Origin: Candidatus Saccharimonadota bacterium
GTDB taxonomy: Bacteria > Patescibacteriota > Gracilibacteria > Absconditabacterales > Absconditicoccaceae
Assembly: GCA_030429145.1 (NCBI GenBank)
Contig: JAUIDC010000001.1
Span: 270,001 to 302,000 of the forward strand
DNA length: 32,000 nucleotides
Direction of reading: 5' to 3'
A program made the position numbers and the translations under genes. Position 1 is the first letter of the stretch. Every line of letters starts with the position of its first letter. The notes below the pieces were generated by a model. It made no database searches and was not told the origin of the DNA. It worked only from the letters and a program-made list of their open reading frames with translations. This document shows, in pieces, positions 9,463 to 20,000 of this stretch.

Positions 9463-12069
9463 CTACTCCTCTATCTCATCCTTCAACTTCCCAAGCAACT
9501 GTAAGGCCTGCAATGGTGTCACATTGTTTGGGTCTGTTCCGTCGAGGATTCTTTTTAGTTTGTCGTATTTTGCTTTGGTCTCGAGGGCTTCGAAGTCGAC
9601 TCATCAGAAGAGTCATTCGACTTTGAGGTCTTTTTCTTTTTTCTTGGTCTCCTCGAGGTGAGAGAGATATTTTTTTGCTTGCTCTGTGATGATATTTGGT
9701 ATGCCTGCGATTTGAGCAACATCGATACCGTAGCTTTTGCTTGCACCACCTGGGACAATTTTTTTCATGAAAACAACTTCTTTATCTGTTTCATAGACGC
9801 TTACAGAATAGTTTTTGATACCTGGAAGCTGTCATTCGAGAGAGATAAGTTCGTGGTAGTGTGTGGCGAAAAGTGTTTTCGCGCCTATTTTTTCTGCGAT
9901 GTATTGGACGATCGCTTGAGCAAGTGCAAGACCATCGTAGGTAGAAGTCCCGCGTCCAAGTTCATCAAGTATAATAAAAGATTTTGATGTGGCATTGTGT
10001 AAGATATTTGCCATTTCGATCATCTCTGTCATGAACGTTGATTGGTTTTTTGCGATGACATCACCACTTCCGACACGTGCAAAGAGGCCATCGACAACAG
10101 GCACGCTCGCTTTTTGTGCAGGCACGTAGAGACCACACTGTGCGAGAAGGATGATGAGCGCATTTTGCCTCAAGTAGGTTGATTTACCACCCATATTTGG
10201 ACCGGTAATAATGTCTAGCGTGCTTCCAGAACCACCAATCTCGAGATCATTTGCGATGAACTGCTGATCGACTGGGAGAAACTCTTCGATGACTGGGTGA
10301 CGTCATGCTTTGATCTCAAGCACTCATTTAGAAAGCACTTTCGGCTGTGTTCGTTTATGCTCAAAAGTAAAGAGCGCATGGGTAGTGAAAATATCGAGCC
10401 GCGCGATCTTATCAGAAAGCTCGGTGAGTGCTTTCACTGCTTCTACTACTTTTTCTTTTGCTGCAAGAAGCGCCTCCTGTTCTTTTGCTTTGAGTTCAAA
10501 CTGTGCAGCGAGGATCCTATTTTGCAGTTCTTCCAGATGAGGCGTGATGTAACGCTGGCCTGTTTTGAGCGTTTGACGACGGATAAAATCGAACTTTGGA
10601 TTACCTTTTTGTTGTTTCGCTTCAAATGCTACAACATCTCTAGGCGTTACCTCAAGAAAATATCCTTGGTTGCCGATATATTTTACTTTGATATTGATCT
10701 TTGAGTATTGAGAGACCTCTTGTTGATATGCAATAAGCAGCTCATCACTACGATATGCTACTTTTCTGAGCCCATCAATCTCTGCGTCAAAGCCATCTTT
10801 GATATAGTCCATATCATCATTGAGACCTTCATCTTTGAGAAGTCTTTTCAAATAATCATATAACTCTTCACACTGCTCGAGCACGTTCTTTTCTATACCC
10901 AATGCTTCAATTCCTTCATAAGCTTTATTCTTTTCTTCAAAAAGAAGTGACAATGCATATCTAAGTTTTGCTAGCGTGCTCGGTGTATGTTTCTTGTAGA
11001 TAATAGTAGAAACGATCTTCGGAATATCGAGCATATGTCCAAATGTTTGTGCGATAGCTGATGCATCGTCACGATGATTTGTATAATGTTCTATTTGTTG
11101 CTGACGCCACTGGATCGTAGCGAGGTTTTTCGTTGGACGAATAAGTACTTCACGAAGTAGTCTCGCACCAAGTGCTGTTTTTGTTTGATCCAAAACGCCA
11201 AGTAACGAGTACTTCTTCGCTCATTCGTAGTGCGATGCAAAGATTTCCAGATTTTTGATAGTGACATTGTCTAGCAGTACTGCGTCGGTTGAGTTGTCGT
11301 ATGAGACAGAGATAATATTGTGAATGCTTCCCTTCTGCACGGAACGCAAATAGTGCATCAGTAGTGAAAATGCAAGTTTTCTTCCGTCTTCTAGCGCTTT
11401 TCCAAATGAGTGCAATGATTGTACTCCAAAAATATTTTGGAGCATTGTATCAGCGGCAGGAGGTTGATCATAGGTAGAGATAAGACAGTTAGAAAAATTG
11501 TGCATATACTGCTCTACCTCCTGTTTCTGTGGAAAATCTATGTCGATGACAATCTCGGATGGAGATAATACGAGGAGAAATTTTAGCAGCAAATCAATAT
11601 CGTCAAAGCTTTGTGTCCAATATTGTCATACTGAGAAATCACCCCAGGCTAGCTGATAGTTCTGCACATCTCAGCCTGAGTAAGCCAACGCAGCGATATA
11701 GGTATACTGTTTCTGTGACTCCTGAATATACGTCCCTGGGGTGATTACTGAAGTGACCTCGCGTTGGACGATCTGTCCCGCCTTCGGCTCACTAGTCTGC
11801 TCTGCCACAGCGACCTTATATCCGTGAGAAACTAATTTTGCAATGTATTTCTCAGCACTATGATATGGCACTCATGCCATTGGTATCGGATTGTCGCTGT
11901 TTCTGTCACGCGAGGTCAGCGTCAAATCCAGCAGCTTCGAACAAATCTTTGCATCCTCATAAAAGGTCTCATAGAAATCTCCCATACGAAAAAAAAGGAT
12001 GCAATCTTTATGTTGCAGTTTTATGTCCATATACTGCTTTTGCGCTGGCGTCAGCTTCTCTGTATTCAT
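9463..12069 (-). CDS. mutS: DNA mismatch repair protein MutS (868 aa)
   Basis: Five track ORFs (11872..12141, 11671..11871, 11221..11592, 10324..11193, 9832..10194) plus the tail form one frame, ATG 12069..12067 to TAG 9465..9463. Ten in-frame TGA at 11872, 11671, 11626, 11221, 10324, 10303, 9832, 9613, 9604 and 9601. Motifs: [26 protein letters not shown][G]VPYH, IKA[G]RHPVIE, Walker [38 protein letters not shown]. Confidence 0.95.
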
Positions 12070-12107
12070 GAAAACAAGTGTAATGAATCCGCTTCTAACA
12101 GCAACAT

Positions 12108-12136
12108 TAAAAAAAAGCCCTTTGAAACAAAGGGCT
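12108..12136 (-). terminator. Rho-independent terminator (minus strand) after CDS 12174..12962
   Basis: The + strand reads aaaaaaa-AGCCCTTTG-aaa-CAAAGGGCT. On the minus strand this is a perfect 9-bp hairpin followed by a T-run. It separates the upstream gene from mutS. Confidence 0.65.
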
Positions 12137-12173
12137 CTCAATATAACATACTTTTCTTACTAAGATGTACAAC

Positions 12174-12962
12174 TTATCACGCATACATCTCTTCTCGTTC
12201 CTTCACGACAGGACAGTTTGGACCAGGCTCATAGCTATCGATAATACAGCCATCTGCATGTTCGCCATGTTCATCTCCGTTATCAGTGATATATGGTCGT
12301 CCACAGATGATTCCACCTCTGCTGTTGAGATGCATATGAGGACTTTCTATAAGCTTCACTTCTGCTTTCGGGTCTTTCCATATCGCACCGATATCGCCAC
12401 CGTAGTATTTCCATTCTTCTATACTCTTGATAGCGTCTTCCTCCGTCTCCTTATCGACAACATACAATGCTGTATTTCTTAAACCAATAAGAATACGACG
12501 ACATGCCATCTCAAAATCAAAGCTACCAGGGTCTTCGATCTTTTCTTTGGAGTAGAAGTTTAATGGAATTTTCGTCTCATCTTGCGCTGTCACTACTACG
12601 GGATAGCAGTAGTTTCTTCCTAATATCGCAGGACTTGCTTCAACAAATCTCTCTACGATAGGAATGACAAATAGTTTCTTTACTCTCCTGGTATTTATCA
12701 GGTAACGTCCCTTTAAATTATTGTCATATAAGGCAATAACTGGACTATTTGTAGCGTTCTGCAATCTGATAAATGGACAAGAGAAAGGTTCTTTCACCAC
12801 AAGCACAGCTCCTAAGAACTCTCTTTGTTGTAGTTTATCGTATATGTTGACTCCCCATCTCCCAAAAGAATAGACCTCTTTTGACTCACCGATGAGGTAT
12901 TCGCCTTTTTTATCTCCTGCCTGGATCGGCGTATAGCCAGGTGGAATAATGTTTTTTTGCAT
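12174..12962 (-). CDS. hypothetical protein (262 aa)
   Basis: Track ORF 12177..12962. Its apparent stop is TGA, adding one Gly before the true TAA at 12176..12174. No recognisable motif. Confidence 0.6.
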
Positions 12963-13249
12963 ATACTTACTATAATTTTATTTTGTGATTTTTTATAATG
13001 TTAATGAACATTTTGAATGATATCAAAACAGTGACTAAAGTCAAGTTTGCACGTTTTTTCCACAAAATCGTCAAAAGTTTGTTAATAAGTGTTGATTTTA
13101 GCTGTTTTTGATAATTGTGTGACACATATTTTATATACTTTTTAATTTTTTGTAAATAACACATGGTTATCATTTTTCCAAAACACAAATAGTTTTTTTC
13201 AGTTCGGGTTGATTTTCTTTTTTATACAATTAAGACAGGAGCCGAACAA

Positions 13250-13297
13250 ACACAACATCTAGTAGTTGAAAACATGTTGAAAACCTAGATATAGTGT
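13250..13297 (+). promoter_or_regulatory. possible tandem NrdR-box-like operators upstream of nrdB (tentative)
   Basis: acacaacatctagtag (13250..13265) and aacctagatatagtgt (13282..13297) match my recollection of the NrdR-box consensus acaCwAtATaTwGtgt at about 12/16 and 13/16. Box starts are 32 bp apart, about 3 helical turns. GTTGAAAAC occurs twice between them with 11-bp phasing. Confidence 0.3.
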
Positions 13298-13334
13298 TTA
13301 TGCGCTTTTTACCTCATAATGTCACACCCACCAC

Positions 13335-14315
13335 ATGCCACTTATCGGAAAAAAGAAAGTAACAGATGGTATTAAGCTATCTGACAACCTCAATGTATTT
13401 GCTGATCTATATGTAAAGCAAAAACAAGCGATCCGATTTCCTGAGGAAATCAATATCGGACTCGACCTTGTTGACTATAAAGGGATGGCTGATGAAGAAA
13501 GAAAACTCTTTCACGACCTCGTAGGATACTTCGTTACATCAGAACTTCTTGTACAAAATGTACTTGGTGAATCATTCTATCCGTACATTATGGATCCAAG
13601 AGCGAAGATGGCGATGACCGTACAAATGTTTATGGAAGACATCCACTCTGACTTCTTCGAGATGATTCTCAATACGTTCAGTATGAACCGCGATGAGATG
13701 TACAACAAATCATCTACACATCCTATCATGAAGAAAAAACAGGAGATGGTAGCTGAAGCAGCAAATGCTATTAGTGTTTCTACCGGTGGCGTAGACCCTG
13801 ATACTATCAAAGGGAAAAAAGCGATCCTCAATGCTATTCTTATAAACAATATTATTCAAGAAGGTATTTTCTTTTACTCTGCATTTGCAATGTACTTTGC
13901 TATCAGAGAGACAGGAAGAATGAAAAATGTATGTAATGGTATGGACCTCGTTCTCATCGACGAAAGTTTCCACCTTAAGATGGGAATGGAGATGATCCTT
14001 ACTATGATCGAAGAGACTCCTGAACTTGTGCAGGATGAAGAGTTTGTACAGCATATCAGAGATACCATCGTTGCAGGAGCGGAACTTGAACTTGAGTTCC
14101 TCCAAAGTCTTCTTGGGTCACGCATGACATTTGGCATCAACTACAACGAAATGGCTGACTACCTCAAGTACGTTGTGGACAGAAGACTCGAAGAGCTTGG
14201 ATTTGGTCCTCACTATCTCGTAGGAGAAAATCCTCTCAAATTCCTTCAAAAACAAGACTTCAAAACTCTTCAAAATTTCTTCGAAATTACCCCAAACCAA
14301 TATACTAATTTCTAA
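13335..14315 (+). CDS. nrdB: ribonucleotide reductase class I beta subunit, class Ic-like (R2c-type; 326 aa)
   Basis: Track ORF. Ferritin-like metal ligands: TSE(70)LLV, ME(101)DIH(104)SDFF, QE(176)GIFFYSAF, IDE(210)SFH(213). Phe108 sits at His+4 where canonical R2 carries the radical Tyr. C-terminal NFFE..QYTNF tail. No TGA, TAA stop. Confidence 0.93.
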   Translation: MPLIGKKKVTDGIKLSDNLNVFADLYVKQKQAIRFPEEINIGLDLVDYKGMADEERKLFHDLVGYFVTSELLVQNVLGESFYPYIMDPRAKMAMTVQMFMEDIHSDFFEMILNTFSMNRDEMYNKSSTHPIMKKKQEMVAEAANAISVSTGGVDPDTIKGKKAILNAILINNIIQEGIFFYSAFAMYFAIRETGRMKNVCNGMDLVLIDESFHLKMGMEMILTMIEETPELVQDEEFVQHIRDTIVAGAELELEFLQSLLGSRMTFGINYNEMADYLKYVVDRRLEELGFGPHYLVGENPLKFLQKQDFKTLQNFFEITPNQYTNF

Positions 14316-14381
14316 CAAAAAACTGCAGTCCGTCACACACAAACCATCGTGTGCTTTTAATTTTGTGAATGTATAGTATCC

Positions 14382-16967
14382 ATGGCAAAAGTAGTTATCC
14401 ACCGTAATGGTCAAACAGAGCCCTTCAAGACAGAGAAGGTTATTGACGCAATTAAAGACGTACTCGTTGATATTAAATTGGACGATCCGTTTGTTGCAAT
14501 GTTTAAGATTATCAAAAATTTTGAAACAAAACTTCCCGATGAGGTGAAAACAGAAGAGATTGATAGTCTTATCCTCAAAGCAATTGAACCGCTTATCCCT
14601 GAAGATACTATCTACGATCAGATAGCGACTAGGCAGTTGGTAAAACTGATCTCTGAGGATATCAACAAGAAGTTTTCAAGCTTCAGCGAGTATATCAACT
14701 ACGGAGTGGAGAACAATATTCTCGACAAGAGAATGAAAGAGTTTGACCTTGGGACTATTGAACTCAACATCAATTACGACAACGACAAATATCTCAACTA
14801 TTTTGGTACTGCTACCCTACAGCACAGATATCTTGTGAAAGATAAAGACAAAACCATCCTCGAAAAACCACAATGGATGTGGATGCGTATAGCTATGGGC
14901 TTGAGTCTGTTGGAGCCGAACAAAGAAGACTTCGCTATCAAAGTATACAACAGACTTGCTACACTCAAATATCTTCATTCAACACCAACGCTCTTCAATT
15001 CGGGTACTAACTACCCGCAGCTTATCAGCTGTTTCATTGGTGTTGTAGGAGACAGCCTCGACAGCATCATGGAAAAGGCCACAGAAACATCAAACTACGT
15101 GAAATTTGCTGGAGGAACTGGAATGTCTGTTACAAAACTCAGAGCATCAGGTTCAAACATCTCCTCTATCAACTCTTCTTCATGTGGACCTATTCCATTT
15201 ATCAAGATCTTTGACACTGTCGTCTCATCTGTAGCCATCGGTGGAAAAAGAGCATCAAACATGGTAGTCTATATTGAGCCTTGGCACTACAATATTGAAG
15301 AGTACTTAGATCTCAAAGAGACAAATGGTAATGAAGCACTCAGAGCAAGAAAGCTCAACACTGCGCTTTGGATACCTGATGAGTTCATGGAAAGAGTACT
15401 CAGAAATGAAGACTGGTATATGTTCGATCCGAAAGAGTGTCCTGAACTTACAGAGACATGGGGACCAGAATTTTCAAAGCACTACAAGAGATATGCTGAG
15501 ATGGCAGAGAAAGGAGAACTCAAGCTTTGGAAGAAGATGAAAGCACAAGAACTCTACAGAGAGATGCTCATCCGTGCAGCGAAAAATGGAAACTACTGGT
15601 TCAACTTCAAAGACAGACACAACGAGAAGAGCCAGGCACCAAGCTACGCGCCTATTCACTCGACCAACATGTGTACAGAGATCAGTATTCCAAATCGTGA
15701 AGACAGTACAGCAACATGTACGCTTGCATCACTCAACCTGAGTAGATTCATCATGAAAGATAAACTGGAAAACGTTGACGATATGACACTCGAACAGAAA
15801 CTCGAATGCATCAACTGGAAGGATCTTGTCGACACAGCGAAGATTGCTATCCAAGCTCTCGACAATGTGATAGAACTCAACCACTACGTCGCAGATACAG
15901 CAAAGAAAAGTTCATTTGATCTCAGACCTTTAGGGCTTGGTGTGATGGGTCTAGGAGAACTCCTCCTCTATCTGAACATCCCTTATGAGCATACAGATGC
16001 ACTGACTCTTTCTGAAAAACTAGCTGAGACTATCTACAACGCAGCACTGGAAAAATCAGAAGAGCTCGCTGCTGAAAGAGGAACATTCCAAGACTATGAC
16101 GCAGAAAGATACTCATATAAGCCAAGAAGAAACATCCTTCTTCTCGCTATCGCACCTACTGCGAGTATTTCAAATATTGCAGGAACATCGAGTGGTATCG
16201 AAACATTCTTCTCAAATGTCTACGCGAGAGAGACTATCTCAGGAAAGTTTACTATCGTCGTACAACATCTGATAGAAAAATTGAAACAGAAGGGAATGTG
16301 GAATGATGAAATAAGACAAAAGATTATGAATGCTCAAGGATCTGTGCAGCATATCAACGACCTCGAAGATGTCTTTGACAGACAGGTCTTTAAGACAGTG
16401 TATGAGTGTTCACCAGCTTCACAGGTAGATGTTGCTGCTGTATGGCAGAAGTATGTTGATCAGGCTATTTCAAGAAATCTCTACGTGAAAGAAAATGAGA
16501 GAAATAATCTCTTTGATATCTACATGTACGCATGGAAGCAGTGATTGAAGTCTACATACTACTGTTTCATCGAGAAAAACATCCAAGGTGAGAAATACAC
16601 AGAAAGCGTTAACAAGCGTGGTGTACGTTCAGGATTTGGATCAGTCGGTATGAGAATGGACGCTGCGAAACAAAGTGACGAAAGCAACGCAGAAACTGCT
16701 ACTGCAAAAAGAGGCTTTAGCGCTACTATGGCAGCAGTATGAGCAGATAGCTCAGTTGCTGACGCTAACAGCAACACAAGCAACAATGCGAACCTAGAAA
16801 ATATAGACTTTAAAAATGTGACTGATGAACAGAAAGCGGCAATTGAAAATAAAATCAGAAATGAGAAAGGAGACGAATATCTAGAGAAACTCAAAGCAGG
16901 CACACTTTATGAAGACTCTTGTCCTGTTGACCCATTTGAAAAGGTCATGTGTACAGGATGTCAGTAA
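14382..16967 (+). CDS. nrdA: ribonucleotide reductase class I alpha subunit (861 aa)
   Basis: Track ORF 14382..16544 continues in frame through TGA at 16542 (YAWKQ[G]LKSTYY, a conserved GLK.YY motif) and 16740, ending at TAA 16965..16967. N-terminal ATP-cone (VIHRNGQTEPFKTEKV), LISCFIG, active-site STNMCTEISIP, C-terminal redox pair CTGCQ. Confidence 0.95.
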
Positions 16968-17023
16968 TAAGGCAACCCCACTGCTATCAGCCCCACCTTT
17001 ATGACACCAACGCACTGATATAA

Positions 17024-17053
17024 GAAAAGCCTGCCACGTTGGCAGGCTTTTTA
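17024..17053. terminator. bidirectional Rho-independent terminator between nrdA and the giant surface-protein gene
   Basis: aagaaa-AGCCTGCCA-cgt-TGGCAGGCT-ttttat: perfect 9-bp stem with 3-nt loop, flanked by an A-rich and a T-rich run. Lies between the convergent stops at 16967 (+) and 17071 (-). Confidence 0.7.
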
Positions 17054-17070
17054 TAATAGATGAATGATAA

Positions 17071-20000
17071 CTACTGTTTAAAGATATTGAGGGTAAGAGA
17101 GATATCTTCAGCTCCTGGAGGGAGATTGGTAAAGATTTCAGGATTTGCTTTGATAACGAGTGCACCGTCATCAAGAAGTCCGTCACCAGCTCTCTTATCA
17201 AACCAACTCTCTACGATAGATCTTCTTCCTTCTACGAGCTCCTTTAGATTGCCACCAAGGATAACTCCGTGGATAAGGAGTCTACCTCCATTGATCCAAG
17301 GCTTGTTGAGGTCGTTGTTGAAAGCTGCTTGATATCCATCACCTTCTGCTTTCACATTTTGCAGACCAATAAAGATACCTTTCACTGTCTGATTTTGGTT
17401 ATTCTCCTGGGCATTACCGATAGCTGAAAAGGTAAGATCTCCATCTCTGACGATAAACATTCCGTTAGGATTTTTCGTAAGATCACCCTTTACGGTAAGG
17501 TTACCATTGATAACGATCAGTGTAAACGCTCCTTTAGAGAATGTTGCATTTTCAAGGACTGTGATAGTTCCTCTCTTGCCATCTGGTGTCTTTGCATCTA
17601 TTACAAAGATGTTCTTTCCTGGCACTTTCGAAACACCTGCCTTAGTTACTGTGGTATTATTATCTAGTTTATCATCAATTGTATCCACCTTCACTGCAAG
17701 CGTTACATACTTGTTAACCATCTGCGCAATAAGGTTTGTATCTGCGTTACTAAGAGCAAACGAATCAAGCACCTTGATAAGCTCATTTACCTGAAGTACT
17801 TTCGTATTATCTTGTCTCTTATAGTCATCAAGATCTTTTGTCGAAGATGATGTACCTGTAGGAGTTCTTGAAACAGCATACTGCTTTGTTACACCAAAGT
17901 TCATCTGACATATTCTGTCACCAAGTGTAAGAGCGTTGCCGTTACAGAGTCTACCATTGATCACTCTCATCTCAAGTCTGTACTCTCCAAGTCCAAGATA
18001 GTAAGATCCAGTAATCTGTACTGCTCCAAGTCCTCCTGGGTTTGGTAGATCGTACTTGATCTTTGCTGATGAGAAGGCTGTATTGATAAGCGGAAGATTT
18101 GGATTGCTATAACATTTCTGCACCCATGTCTTGCTTGCTCCATTTGGACCATTGAGCGAGAATTCACAATCAAGCGAATCGATATTGATTCTTACGTCGC
18201 CAGTATTGCTTGTACATGCAGATGTCGCTTGTCCGTAACCAGCACCACCTGGGCGGTAGTAACCGTACTCCATATCCCATCGGTATGGCATATATTCACC
18301 AACATTGATAGAAGGCGGATCGATATACGAACATTGTACACCTACTGTAATACCCGAAGGTCTGTCTCCAAACGTACAGTCAGGGCGACATACCTTTCCT
18401 GCAGGAACACCTGCTGGTTTGATACCGAGCAATGGATTTCCTGGATCACACTGTTCACCTCTATCTGGCTGAAAGATACCATCACCACAATATGGACGAT
18501 GTCCTCCCCCACCAGGTCTGATGGCAACTGGTTTTTCACATGCAGGATTTGGTCTTCTTGCTACGACACAAACCGCCTTTGTATTAGTAGGATTACTATA
18601 GGTACATGTTGCTTTAAATGGCGTACTGTTAATAGTTGTACCTGTAAATACCTGTCCATTACCACACTGCAATACTGCATCAACAGGATAAGCACCCCAT
18701 GTTGTTCTACACTCGTACTCAACACTTACTTGTGATGCACTCGTGATCAAATTAGTAACATCTGGATTGCCACTGAGACCCTGACATTCTGGACTTTGTC
18801 CTGGAGGGCCTGTATCTGGTCCAATAGTTACCTGGTCTTCATCGTCTTCTACTCTATGATTTCTTCCTCTATTACATGGATTACTATCTCTATCTTTCAC
18901 GCCTGTTCCAGAAACACCGTTATAGGTACACACCTCTGTGTAGTTTATCTCATTGACTGTACTCTTGTAGGTTGCTGTAAATGTGATAGTTATAGAATCG
19001 CCTGGTTTGAGTGCTGGTAGCCCACTGAAAATAATTTCTTTCGTTCCACTAAGCGTCGTCACAATACCACCAGGTCCTCCAGTTGTATTGACGTAGTCAA
19101 CTCCCGCAGGGAGATAGTCACGAACCGTATAGCCGGTTATTGGAGATGTAGCATCAGCTTCATTTGTCACTACGATAGTATAGGTTACTGTGTCACCGTA
19201 TTTTACAATGGTTTTATCAACTGTTTTCTTGATGTTTACGTCGAAGAATGGCGTACCACCAAAGCCAGTAGTCGTTGTTGTTGCTTCGCCACAGTTATTG
19301 TTGTTATAGTAGTTATCTCCTTCTATACATACCTTATTTACATAGATGTGGCCACTTGCTACTGGACCCAGCACCGTTGCCTTGATAGAAACAAGACCGC
19401 TGTATCCTGCTGGCATATTTGTAAAGCCTGTCCATGTCAGCTTTTGTCCTGCACTTGGTGTTCCTGTTACTGTTGGTTGCCCAATATTTACACCTGAGTG
19501 AATCACTACAGAATTTGGAAGATACTGCAGACCTGCAGGAAGGTTATCAAAGAGCGACCAATTTGGCGCTGTTAACGGTCCAAGATTTCCATATCTGATC
19601 GTATATGTCACTACATCACCTGATGCAACGACAGGCTTATCGATCACCTTATTAGACCAAAGATCATAACACAAGATCAGAAACGTTGCATCGTCCTCTG
19701 CTGGACCTGCATTGGTCGCATCTACCACACCCTTGTTGAGGATGGTATGATTCTGACAAAGTGGCACGTTATTATTGATCTTTACATAGATCTTGATGAG
19801 ACCTTGCTGATTTGGAGCGAGATTTCCTACATTCCATGTGAGCGTCTGACCATTGATACTCGATGGAGATGGAAGAGAGTTCGCAAAAGTCACATCTGAC
19901 GGCAATGTGTCCGTCACGAATGTACCTGTTGCAGTTCCACTTCCTGAGTTACCATAGGTGATAGTATAGACGGCATACCCATTTGGCATGTAACCACCTG

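Noticed and set aside
12970-13188. 72-aa minus-strand ORF in the nrdB upstream region
   Set aside because: It lies in a very AT-rich divergent intergenic region and encodes a Lys/Ile/Leu/Asn-rich product typical of random AT-rich ORFs. The region more plausibly holds promoters and operators.
13577-14414. Several minus-strand ORFs (88-131 aa) overlapping nrdB
   Set aside because: They are antisense to a strongly supported nrdB reading frame and have no motifs.
16559-17201. Two minus-strand ORFs (114 and 106 aa) after the apparent end of nrdA
   Set aside because: Under table 25 the + frame of nrdA continues to 16967 with conserved motifs and the terminal Cys pair. The minus ORFs are antisense or span the terminator.
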